Shown here one piece after another: positions 37,000 through 48,196 of a stretch of 64,000 nt of DNA. The notes below the pieces were generated by a model. That model was not told where the DNA came from, did not search any database, and worked only from the letters and a program-made list of their open reading frames with translations. The DNA is taken from positions 14,510,001 through 14,574,000 of the forward strand of contig CM075988.1 of assembly GCA_038087875.1 (NCBI GenBank), given 5' to 3'. Numbering within the stretch: position 1 is the stretch's first letter; every line of letters starts with the position of its first letter. The DNA comes from Malacoraja senta (Eukaryota). The translations under genes and the position numbers were made by a program.

Positions 37000-37875
37000 T
37001 GGGAAGCCTGGGGCTGATCAGCATGGATTTGTGCAGGAGAATCGTATCCTACTAATTTGATTGATTACTACATAGAACACAGACTACTACAACACAGAAA
37101 CAGGCCCTTTGGCCCACAATGTCCATGCTGAACATGACGCCAAGTTGTAGGAGGAGCAGCACCTCATATTCCGCTTGGGCAGTTTGCACCTTAGCAGCAT
37201 AAACATTGACTTCTCCAATGTCCGGTAGCCCTTGCTGCCTCCTCCATATATTGTAAATTGTAGGGCACCGAGGAATCTTGATGATCAGAGGGATCTTGGG
37301 GTTCAAATAACTTGAAAGTGGCAACACAAGTAGATAGGCTGGTAACGGCATATGATATGCTTACCTCCATGAGTCAGAACATAGCTTCTACAAGTTGGGA
37401 AGTTATGTTGCAATGTTATACCCAACTGATTAAACTGCACTTGGAGCATTGTATTGTTCTCATTGCCACCCAAGGGGAAGGATGTGCTTGCACTAGAGAG
37501 AGTGTACAGCAAGTTCACTAGGGTATTGCCTGGACTGGAGGACTTTAGGTTGGATAAACTATGCTTGTTTTCCTTAGGGAATGAAGATGAGGTGTAACCT
37601 GATATAGATATATCCAACTATAAAATAGACACATAGGGTAGATGGCCAGAATTGTTTTGCCCTCTGATAGGGTCGTTAACAAGAGACATGGGCCAAAGGT
37701 GAGAGGAAGTAGTTTTCAAGGGGAGTTGTGGATAAACTTTTTTTTACACTATTTGTGATATCTGGAATGCGCTGCGGAGCAGTGATGCAGGCAGAAAAAG
37801 ACATGGGGATATGGACCCAATGTGGACAAATGGGCATGAATGTGTGGATGAGCCAAAGGGCCAATTTCTATGATG
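37000..37875 (+). mobile_element. Degenerate CR1 fragments with an embedded PLE GIY-YIG piece (~37150-37245)
   Basis: cagcatggatttgtg (QHGF), KVATQVDR, KLHLEHC; plus EEQHLIFRLGSLHLSSINIDFSN. Confidence 0.6.
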
Positions 37876-38190
37876 TTTCGAAAAGGTAAGTGAGATTCAC
37901 TCTCTTGTCTCAATGGTATTTCGTTTTGCATTTATTTTATGGCCAAATGCTTGATAAAGTGTATCCCGCAAAATATTGCTTAAATGCTTAAACAAGTAAA
38001 CTATCCCCTTTTTGTGTTACTTCCTTTTCGGAATCGATTGGTATGATCTGCAATGATTCAATGAACAGTGGGCCTCGTCATTCGGGGTATTTAAATCCAC
38101 GCTCACTTCGTGTGCACTGAATCATGGTTGAAGTGGGTTTTGTTATTAAGTGGGCTGTTCTGCACTTGGTGTTCGCACCCGGTTACTCAC

Positions 38191-38224
38191 CACCCCTCGC
38201 AAGTACATGACGGCGCCGTGACAT
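38191..38224 (-). CDS. Candidate alternative first coding exon (MSRRRHVLARG|G)
   Basis: ccaacATG start, 34 coding nt, then consensus donor G|GTGAGT. It has the same phase (1) as IGSF9B exon 1 and lies in the CpG-rich region. Confidence 0.35.
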
Positions 38225-38396
38225 GTTGGAGTGAGCAACGATAACATCACCCCGCCCGCACACATCTTGCAAGATGTCAGAGATGGAACAGGTTGCTCCA
38301 AGGAACGCCGGGGGAAGTTTGCAGCGCGGTCGACGGCAGCGTAAAGAGCTCCCCCTGTGACTCGGCAATGGCAGCTCTTTACAGTGCGGAGCGTTG

Positions 38397-38427
<31 letters not shown>

Positions 38428-38544
38428 CCTGGCTTGCTGCTTGCTGTCAGCTACACTAACCTTGTCCCCTTTACACTGGAGACTGCAGGCGACCCTCTGC
38501 TTGCAAAACCCAACTGTGAAATGTGTTTAACCGTCAATTCCCCG

Positions 38545-38665
38545 GTTGGTTAAACGTTGCGAATAACGATAGGAATACAGATAGGAATAACGCGTTGGTT
38601 AAACATTGTGGATAATGATAGGAATAAGGATAACGCGTTGGTTAAACCGAGTGAATAACGATAGG
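38545..38665. repeat. Three diverged tandem units of 43-49 bp
   Basis: gttggttaaac...gataggaata recurs at 38545, 38594 and 38637. Confidence 0.85.
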
Positions 38666-40073
38666 GAGTGAAATGTTAAGGACGATTTAATTCCAAATCC
38701 TATAACGCTGGTTCAAGCAGACTGCGGGGGACTCGCCACCTTCACCACACGTTTGTCACCTTTAAACGTGACCTTCCAAACTTGCGTTCCACTTTCATTG
38801 ATCGGCGTATTGCGGGTTTCTCGTGGAGCCGCGGTCCCAGCGGGGACACGCAGCCAGGAGGATCTCCCGTCAGGAGAACTAACGGGAAGTGATACAGATG
38901 TGCAGCGCGTATCCATCCACACACTGCGGCGCGGCGCCGTTCAGCAAAAAGGCGACTTTGCTCGCAACCGAGTGGAAATAAACCACCAGAGCGCACCCCA
39001 CCCCTCTCCCCACCATCCCGGACATGCCCGGAGAGTCCATGTCAACTGGACCCTGGTCCTTTCCAACGTTGGGGGTCGCGGGACCTTCATCCGACGAGAT
39101 CACTTGGAAATATTAAACCTCAACCCTGAGCCGCTGGGCAAGCAGTCTCACCCATCCATCTCAGTGCGAGGGACCATCGGATACCTGTCACGTTATCCTA
39201 AAACTCTTCCCACCCTGAAGATGTATTACAGTGCAGACTGGAGTGGGTGCCCCGTCACGGAAACGGTCTAAAATTGATCACCTCGCAGAATAGAATACGT
39301 CTGTATCCATTGACATTTTGAACTGTTTCATCGCTCGATTCCTTCCGTGTGAAATTGGTGGCGTTTTATAGTTACCGAATCGGAGAATTTGGTTACATGC
39401 ATAAAGAATTCCAACGTCGAACCGTGCCAATTCCCGTCACAGATTGCGTTATGTCAGAGGAAACTCCCCGACCTCCCTCTCTCCCTGTAAACTTTCCCTC
39501 CCATCCTCATACCGAGGAGCATCTTTCAGTCCCGAGTGTTGGGAGTCGCGTTGAGGCACTGCAGTGATATTCACACCTCAGCCGCTGCCCGCTCCTCCGA
39601 CAAAATAAAGCCGGCGCCCGCATCACCCCCAGCCTCAGCGGCCAACTTGACGAAACTCCCTGGTCCGGTGCACAAGTCCTACACCAAAGAAGCATCAAAC
39701 TGTGCTTCTGCCGACCAGACGTTGAAACATCTGCATTCCCCTGACAACGGGCGTGGTGCGGGAATGTCAAAGAATTGGCAGCATTTAGAACTTCTCTCAA
39801 ACTAAGGGCAAAAGTTTCCTCTTTCTCTCCAGAAAGCTGGTAACTTTACAGACCTCTCGCCAAGTGCCCCGGCATGACTCGGGGAGGACGGGGCATCTCT
39901 CACCCAGCGCCCTTCCTTTAAGGTTATCTGTACAATAGGGAACAATTCCAGACGTCTTTAACAAAAAAAACACAGCAAACGGCTCATTTCCCCGAATCAG
40001 TTAAAGCCACCGCTGTCCGCACAATCGCATCATCAAATAAACTTGGGTTGAATGATATTGAACTTCAACTAAC

Positions 40074-40137
40074 CTTGAGCTGCCGAACCTCTTGTGCTGA
40101 TTACACCCGCTAGCAAAGTGGCCACATACCAAATCAT
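40074..40137 (-). CDS. IGSF9B: IGSF9B (protein turtle homolog B) coding exon 1, signal peptide
   Basis: Minus strand ATG at 40137 (agtactATGa) reads MIWYVATLLAGVISTRGSAAQ+G over 64 nt, followed by donor GTTAGT. This closely matches the human IGSF9B N-terminus as I recall it (MIWYVATFIASVIGTRGLAAEG). It is too short to appear in the ORF track. Confidence 0.93.
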
Positions 40138-40285
40138 AGTACTGTCTCCCCACTGTGAGATATGGCTGGATCATATCTTGCAGCTCTTCACTTTTAGATG
40201 TTCCCTGGAAAAGCCCCTGCTCTGACCATCAGTGCAATGCAATCCTGCCGAGCATTTCCTCTTCATATCCTGCTTATTCGTTTTC

Positions 40286-40420
40286 TACTTCTTCTTCTTC
40301 TTCTTCTCTTCTTCTTCTTCTTCTACTTCTTCTTCTTCTTCTTCCTCCACCTCCTCCTCTTCCCCTGCCTCTTTCTCTCTCTCTCTCTGTCTCTCCTCTC
40401 TCTGCCTGTCTCTCCCTCTC
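40286..40420. repeat. (CTT)n/(CCT)n/(CT)n polypyrimidine tract
   Basis: Read directly from the sequence. Confidence 0.95.
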
Positions 40421-40600
40421 TCATTCGGTTACATCCCTTCTGGAATGGCACTTACACTCTTCCCAGCCTCTAACTCCTGCTCTTTCTCAGCGCGGAGAGA
40501 GCTCCCCCCCCCTCCCTCCCATCATCCCCCCCCCCCCCCCCCCCCCTTCTCGCCGGCAACCTAACTTGCTGACTGCCCGCCTCCTCCAGCTTCTCTCCCA

Positions 40601-40642
40601 CCGCCCATTGGCCGAGGAGGGAAGGCCCCCAGCGCCGATTGG
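40601..40642 (-). promoter_or_regulatory. Tandem CCAAT boxes plus GC box upstream of IGSF9B
   Basis: ATTGG (minus-strand CCAAT) at 40607-40611 and 40638-40642, 31 bp apart; CCGCCC at 40601-40606. Confidence 0.55.
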
Positions 40643-41017
40643 TGCGGAGAGACGTCGGTCAGCGGGGACGGCGGGCTTGCCTGTTCAAGGTGGGTTGAGG
40701 TGGAGCGGCTGGAGCGCCGCAGTATCATGCGCAATAGCACGGAGTGGAGGAGGAGCACAGCAGCGATTCCAGCAGCTGCCCAGCTCTTCCTCTCTCTCTC
40801 CAGCCCATCACACGTTAAAGGTGAACAGCTCCTCTCTCTCCCCCACACCAATGAACGGAGCATCCCCCCTGCTTCACGGATCACCGAAAGTTCATTACAA
40901 CGAAGAGATCGGCACAAAACAGGGACTATTCCCCAGCGAGTAGAAAACACAAAATAGCGCACTCGATAACGCCCGGTTATAATTATGATTAAGATCAGAA
41001 CATAAACGTAATAAATT

Positions 41018-41405
41018 ACATAGAAAAATAGGTGCAGGAGTAGGTCATTCGGCCCTTTCAATATCATCATGGCTGATCATCTAAAATCAGTACTGTTTTT
41101 TCCCCATATCCCTTGATTCCTTTAGCTCTAGGAGCTAAATCTAACTCTCTCTTGAAAACATCCTGTGAATTGGCCTCCACTGCCTTCTGTGGCAGAGAAT
41201 TCCACAGATTCACAACTCTCTGGGCGAAGAAGTTTTTCCACATCTCCGTCCAAAATGGCCTACCCCTTGTTCTTAAACTGTGACCCCTGGTTCTGGATTC
41301 CCCCAACATCGGGAACATTTTTTTCCTGCATCTAGCCTCTCCAATCATTTAAGAATTGCATATGTTTCTTAAGATGCCCTTTCATCCTTCTAAATTCCAG
41401 TGAAT
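41018..41405 (-). mobile_element. CR1 LINE 3' fragment
   Basis: ORF 41067..41348 (MFPMLGESRTRGHSLR...QRVVNLWNSLPQ). Confidence 0.92.
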
Positions 41406-42161
41406 TAATAAATTACATGTCGTGCATAATAGAAATGAACATGCAGCTTAAAGTCACCCGTGTTACTTTAGTATATAGAGGTGTTTATTTTGTATATTTG
41501 TATAAATGTATATTTGCAATAACGTGTAGGGAAAAGAAGTCTAAATTCAGAGGATTACAAGTAATGCAATAGGGAAATAAATATTTTGTTTTCTGTTATT
41601 TCCAATCTACATTTCAAGTTGGACATTCAATAACAGCTAACAATAGCAGACAAAGGTGCTGATCATTGGAAAAAGATAACATTTCTTGAAATCCTGATTG
41701 CAGTTCAAAACTTTCAAATATGTGAATCTTCTAAAATCACATTTTCATATTTTTCATAACTAGTGGATGACTCAATGTGAGGTAACAGCAAGAACCTGCA
41801 GTGATCTGGTATATTCAATAGAAAAAATAGATGTGAAACCATTTAATAGAGATAAAGCAATGGGAGCAGAGTACTTGGCCAAAAGATTAACCATATAGCT
41901 GATTTTTAAGGACATTAAGGAAGTCTTCTGAAGAGTGAGGTGGTGAACAGAGTGGGGAATGGATGATTAAGAGAATGGTGACCAACAATGAGATGCAGAA
42001 ATGGAGAAATTGATTAAAAAAAGATGAACAGTGAGGAAAGCTGTAGGGAAGAATAATATTACAAAATTAGGGAGGCAGCAGAATAATGAGTGAGAATTTA
42101 AAAAGTGGATGTTAATTAGACGGGACGGCTCAGTGGAAAAAATACTGGATAAACGTTGGGG

Positions 42162-42296
42162 TGTGTAGGAAGGAACTGAAGATGCTGGTTTACACCAAGG
42201 ATGGACACAATATGCTGGAGTAACTCAGCAGGTCAGGCAGCATCTCTGGAGAAAAGGAAAAGGTGACGTTTTCGGTCAAAACCCTTCTTCAGACTA
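42162..42296 (-). mobile_element. Penelope-like terminal fragment
   Basis: Shared PLE tail. Confidence 0.8.
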
Positions 42297-43920
42297 GGAG
42301 CTAAGGTTTCTCGTGAGTAGAGCAAAGCTAACCAGCAGCAGCCCCTTGATATAGATTGGTCTGGAGGTGACAAAATCAATGGGAAAGGGTTCCAGCATCA
42401 GGTGGGCTGAGAAGGAGAGTGAGGACATTGTAATGTGGAGAATATGATTAGCTGACATATTGCACATCATCAAGACTTCTTGGTTACATCATTCCTATTT
42501 TATATTTGAATGTATAATGCGTATAATTCAATGCTGCTTCTCAGTGGTGTTTTAGCGATAACTCTAATGAAATCACTAATGACTGAGAGAACAACCGTGG
42601 AAATTGAATTGCAAGGGAAGATTTACACTCGACAGGCATAGTTTATTAAAGGAGAGGTGCTTAGTGTCAACATTTAGACCAATACTCAATTAGTGACAGG
42701 GCAACTTGATCTCATTTGCACTGCTGAGTTCATAGTCTCAAATATGTTGGTATATGAGGTCAGAAACAAAGAGCTGACTGTGACAAATAGGAGACGATTA
42801 CATTTATTTTATTTGTTCATGGGATATGAATTTAATTCAGCAGGCTAGGATTTACTGCCCATCCAGAATTGCCCCTTTAACTGATTGGCTTGCTTGACAA
42901 TTTCAGAGGGCAGTTGAAAGTCAACCATATTGGGGGGCCCGAAGTCACATAGACCAAAACTGGAAGGGAAGGCAACTTCATGGCTCAGCATGAATATGTG
43001 AAATTGAGGAATTCATATTTCCCTAATATTTTGGAAACAGACGGGATTGGATAACTGATGCTCCGCTTACACCATTTATTCTGATATTTTATTCCTGTTT
43101 ATTGTTTAATTTTACAATTGGTGAAGCCCACTAGTCTTGGAATAGAATCCACATTTTGCAATCAGAGTCAGCATCATGCAATCCCCAGTTGACATAATGC
43201 AGGGTTAACTCAATGTAAGTTATCCATTGCTCTGCAGAGAAACAACAATATATTTCAGTTTCTTCAGAGTTATCCTTATTGTTTCTCTGGGTAAGATTGT
43301 TACTAATTGTGACTAGATTAAAACTAGATTTTTTTTAATGCCAGCTGTAAGCTTGTTGAAGTCTAACACCTCCATAGGTATTGGATCTCTGCAGTTGGCA
43401 GAATTAATTTGCAATGAACCCCTTTGGAACATGTCAAAGAAACACCCAATAAAGGCTTTCAAGAATGTGGCAAATCTACTTTCTGAGGCATGAGAAGATA
43501 GAAATTCCCACTTAGTTGCTTGCTCGAAATATGCACCATTGTAGTGACTGCATGCGGAATAAAATTTCTGAAATTCAGTTCCATTCATTTTTTGGAATTC
43601 CTTGATCCTATTGGGCATTCAGTTTAGTTGAAGGCAATTTATTTTACATGTTACAAGATGTAAGTGAACAAATAATGCGGGTATTTACTAACCTTCCATA
43701 TATGTCCTTGAAATGATAGTGGCAAGTTGCTTTTTCAAATCTGCAGATTTAATAAAGGTATTTCCAAAGTGTTATTCTGCAAGAAGGTCCAGAATTTTGA
43801 CTCAATGCAGGTGAAGGATCAGTTATGTATTTCGAAAGCAGATAACATATTTCATGGCATGGAAACTACAGATAATGGCATTTCCATGGGCCATTAAGAT
43901 CTGCTGTTAAAGGAGTGTTA

Positions 43921-44022
43921 GTCTTCAGACTGGAGAAGGGTCTCGAGCTGAAACGTCACCTATTCCTTCGCTCCGTAATTGCTACCTCACCGGCTGAGTT
44001 TCTACAGCACTTTTGTCTACCT
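43921..44022 (+). mobile_element. Penelope-like terminal fragment
   Basis: ctggagaagggtctcgagctgaaacgtcacc followed by the shared tail. Confidence 0.75.
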
Positions 44023-44204
44023 TTGGCTAGAACATACTGCTTTTGCTGTTTTGCACTCATATGGTCATTTGTATCAGTTTTTCCAGGTTGGCTCCTCATT
44101 TTTAGGTGGACCTGGTACTGTTCGAGATCCTTAGCTTATGGAGACTTCATTGTCGCGGGGTGATAAATATAGTTTCTCCAACTCGTATCTCCAAAATCAC
44201 AACA

Positions 44205-44635
44205 GTGACAGAAGAGACTGCAGGTGCTAGATTCATGAGCAAAAAGCAAGCTGCTGGATGACCTCAATGGGTCAAGCAGCATCAGTGGAGGGAAATGATT
44301 GGTCTCGGGTGAATGTGTAGGAAGGAACTGCAGATGCTAGTTTAAACTGCAGATAGACACAAAAAGCTGGAGTAACTCAGTGGGACAGGCAGCATCTCTG
44401 GAGAGAAGGAATGGGTGACGAGGGTCTCGACCCGAAACATCACCCATTACTTCTCTCCAGAAATGGTGCCTGTCCCACTGAGTTACTCCAGCTTTTTGTG
44501 TCTGGTCTCAAGTGAATCTTGAATAAGCGTCCTGACCTAAAACATCAACTGTCCATTTACTGTCTACTGCCACGGATGGTGCCTGGCCTGCTGAATTCCT
44601 CCAGCAAAAATTCCTTTTTGCATCAAAAAGACAAA
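44205..44635. mobile_element. Younger palindromic PLE (44313-44503) nested inside an older palindromic PLE
   Basis: The inner arms are near-perfectly inverted and flanked by the repeat tggtctc(gg/aa)gtgaat; the outer arms are diverged. Confidence 0.7.
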
Positions 44636-45438
44636 GTTAACTTAACTGAAAATCAGCACAACTTAAAATACTACCACTTAATCATGATGATTTGCTACAT
44701 CTTTACGTTCCAATGATTAATCACACCTGTTGCATCTCTCCTACAGGGCCAATGTGCAAAGATGAGTAGCCCCTGCCCAGAGATGACGAACTTTCTCAGA
44801 TGAACTCATTGCTTCCAAAGGTGCATCATCACAGGATGCTGCCAACCTGACACTAACAAAGGTGTGAGCACCAGTGGGTACAACTAGAGCGTCTGATGGA
44901 TTCATACCTGGTGAATCACAAGTGAGCAGAACAGAGTGTGGTAACAGAGCAGTGGCCACTATGGAGAGTGGCCACTGTTGTGCATGTCCCCCTCTAAACT
45001 CTGCTTTGTGGCACGTAGATGGTGAATCTCAAAGACCCTTAATAAAAAAGGAAGTAATAGAGAGATAATACTTACAAATGTGCTGTGCACTATTTGCAAA
45101 AACAGAGAGGAGTGTATTAATAGTACCAACTAATGCAGGAATCATCCTCAGTGGATCTTTATTTGGGGTATTCTATACAGGCCTTAACAATAGTCATTTA
45201 AAATGTTGATTTATGCTATTTTAAATAGGATAACATATTTATGCACATAATCATTACCATCACCCAAGCCAGCCTGATCCATGCCATACGGGTTCCCTAC
45301 TAAGATAAAGTAGTAGTGTACCACATGTCCAAGAGATAGCCAGTGTGGAAAGATGTCGGGAAAATGGAAACTCCGCTCAAAGAACTCCAACCTCTCAACT
45401 GCCTGTTACGCTGCCTACTGTTTTGATGGTCTTCTTCT

Positions 45439-45708
45439 GTTTAGTTTAGTTTATTGTCACGTGTACCGAGGTACAGTGAAAAGCTTCTGTTGCGTACTGA
45501 CCAGTCAGCAGAAAGACAATACATGATTACAATCGAGCCATCCACAGTATACCAATACATGATAAAGGGAATAACATGAATAAGTTTTAGTGCAAGATAA
45601 AATCCTGTAAAGTCCAATCAAAACTAGTCCAACGGTTTCTGACGAAGTAGATAGTAGCTCACAACTGCTTTCTGGTTGTTGGTAGGATGGTTCAGTTGCC
45701 TGATAACA
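45439..45708 (-). mobile_element. LINE-related 3' tail, uninterrupted copy of the element split at 7660-9808
   Basis: Reverse complement matches 7660-7736 + 9473-9640 + 9774-9808; (ctaaa)n tail. Confidence 0.7.
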
Positions 45709-46084
45709 ACACAATGGACAAACTTCACTATGTACAAACAGAAGTGTTGCGTTTGTATTGGGATCCTCATGAACACTAGCACTCAAAGATCTTTGGCTGA
45801 ATGTACCTAAGGGTCAGCCTGTATGTAATCCTACTGAAGCCGTAGATTTTACAACACTTAAGATCAAAGGGAGATGGATCCTCACGTGGGTCCCTATGAG
45901 TATGTGTGGTTGTCCTGTAGTTTCATCCACAGAACAACGGGTTGTTTACACCTGCCAGTTGCTTGCTGATTACTCCTGCACCAAGTGTCAACTTCTTCAG
46001 GTTAAGCAAGCTCCAGGCTGATCAGTGAGATTCAATGAAGCACAGAGTGCATCAATCAGAAATGGCAGCCGACTTATAGAATTT

Positions 46085-46512
46085 CTTTAACGACCAGTGA
46101 AGCCATGTCCCAGCTGAACCAGCTTGGAAATGCTGTCAAGAGTTTGAATGTTTGTCATTGTCACTTTGTCACTTACAGGTCTGGCCGTTTTAATGAAGGG
46201 AACCGGTGGGGGGAATGGGGGGGGGGGGGTGGCATTGAGATCAACGGGGCACCTGCTAGGAGCCGCCTGCTGCTGCGTGTGACAGCTGGCCTGGTGCGCC
46301 ACTGCGAGCACAACATAAAACTGTTCAATCAACTTTTTGTAACTTTGTCGCCCCAGAAACGTGACGACTCTTATGTGAGATCTAGGTGAGATCTGCTGTA
46401 TGATTTTACCGGGTTGTAAGCAAAACAAAGCATTCCACTGTTCCTAGGTACACGTGACAACAAAGTTTCATTGAATTGAAATGAATTGAATTGAATCCAA
46501 TTGAATTGAATT
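46085..46512 (+). mobile_element. LINE 3' remnant with (TTGAA)n tail
   Basis: caaagcattccactgttcctaggtacacgtgacaacaaag followed by a pentamer tail. Confidence 0.55.
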
Positions 46513-47357
46513 ACTAAAGTATGGAATTAAACATATTTTACTTATTATTTAAAAAATAATACAACACTGAAAACATTAAATATATTTATGAAAAAATGAA
46601 TTTAGCCAAAAGTCCAACAATTACCTGACCTTGCACCCTGATAGCCATTCCTGACCCTTTGCAGGAGCAGTGGGCAGATTTTCCACCACAATACTGGGAA
46701 ACTGTGGAGTTCATGAAGTAGCCACCATCAGACCTGTCAGCAGGGATCAGCTCTCAGGAAACTCAGGATTTCTGGGCTTACACATGCTTAAGAGGGACTC
46801 CCATGCTTATGCAAGATTATGTAAGTTCCAACAGTAATGCACAAACCTTGCTACTCTTTGGAGGAAGGTTCAACCCATTATGTTTCATTTACTTATTTAT
46901 GACCATTAAGTGAATTCACTTACATCACTCACTTTTCGACACCATTCTTCTCTGCTGAGTTTTAAGTTGCCTGCTGATGAACACCAGGACTTGAACTATG
47001 AGGCCCAATGGTTCCCACAAACCTGGTGCATTGCTGCTTTGTATCCATGGGGCTGAGGAACAGGAGACAGATGCGAAAGCTACTTTGGTCAAAGTCAGCG
47101 ATAATTAAAGTTTTGAGCCATGAAGGTATCTATGGCAACATTGGGAACGTGAAGCGGTCTGCAGGTAGAGGTCCATCTACCCTTTGGCCTTGTTCTTCTG
47201 CTCTTTATCTTTGAATCTACATCAGATGGAGAGAGAGAGTACATGGGTCTTAGTGATCCTCCATTCCTAATCCTTATTGCTATGCCATATTGTGCAGAAC
47301 ATCCTGAGAATAATTTCTGATTTATTTGTCCTGAAGGATCTTCAGACGTAGTCAGAC

Positions 47358-47646
47358 ATGGCGGCACAGTGGCGCAACATTAGAGTTGCTGCCTTACTGC
47401 GCCAGAGACCCGGGTTCAATCCTGACTACGGGTGCTGTCTGTACAGAGTTTGTACGTTCTCCCCATGGCCTAAGTGAGTTTTCTCCGGGTGCTTCAGTTT
47501 CCTCCCACACTCCAAGGACGTACAGATTTGTAGTTTAATTGGTAGGATAGTGCTGGTGTACAAGGATCGCTGGTTGTCGCGGTCTTGGTGGGCCAAAGGG
47601 CCTGTTTCCGTCCTGTATCTCTAAATTAAATTAAACTAAACTAAAC
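47358..47646 (+). mobile_element. tRNA-derived SINE (HE1/V-SINE-like)
   Basis: Head, core and (ctaaa)n tail. Confidence 0.9.
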
Positions 47647-48196
47647 AACTGAAATGTATCTTGAGAATTCCAAACACCAGATTATCTATAACTTACATGC
47701 AGTACTTTTCTGTTTCAATGGAGTAAGTCTCCACAGGTATACCTTTGAAAAGAGCTTACGTGCAACTTGTTGATTACCTTTATCCCCTACCAACAATACT
47801 AAAGCATTAGTTATGTTAAGAACAGGATTGGCATTTTTGGATAGGCACACATTGGGAATCTGACACTGACACACAGGAACATTTTCTTGTGATACTCAAC
47901 TGGCCAAACATCGATGGATTGAACTTTTTTTTTTAATGCAAATGTTGGAAATGTGAAATAAAAACATCATGTTCAGCACAAAAACTCACAGCAGATCAGA
48001 CAGCATCTGTTGAAAAAGTAACATTGTTAGTGTTTCAAGTCCAAAACCCTTTTATTAGAATATTGATTGGATTCATGCTGTTCTCTAGTTGATCTGGTGG
48101 AATGCCACAACTGAAATTCTTGCCATCATATGTCAACGAGAAGGCGACTGCAGAGGTAAATCCGAATGCCTCTTCAGTCTGGGTACCGTTATAAAA

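Larger units (their letters stand above)
38100..40970. promoter_or_regulatory. CpG-rich promoter / first-exon region of IGSF9B
   Basis: GC and CpG density are visibly higher than in the AT-rich, CpG-poor flanks, and the region encloses the IGSF9B start codon. Confidence 0.8.

Noticed and set aside
38191..38224. Resemblance of MSRRRH... to the NCBP1 N-terminus
   Set aside because: Only six residues match, the rest differs, and I found no other NCBP1 exon.
38753..39271. 172-aa plus-strand ORF in the CpG-rich region
   Set aside because: It has a non-ATG start and no recognisable domain, and is expected by chance in GC-rich DNA.
40005..40030. Possible REST/RE1 site (GGACAGCG on the minus strand)
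   Set aside because: Only the right half-site is present; the TTCAGCACC half is absent.
40155..40943. 262-aa plus-strand ORF and overlapping ORFs
   Set aside because: These are low-complexity translations of CTT/CT/C tracts and GC-rich promoter sequence.
40561..41070. Minus-strand ORF (...MILRRSSRSTSTHLEQ...) ending at a donor-like GTTAGG
   Set aside because: It runs through the CCAAT/GC boxes and begins in a CR1 tail, has no recognisable homology, and the true signal-peptide exon is at 40137-40074.
44747..44860. Acceptor- and donor-like signals suggesting a plus-strand exon
   Set aside because: There is no recognisable coding homology or partner exon, so it cannot be supported without transcript data.
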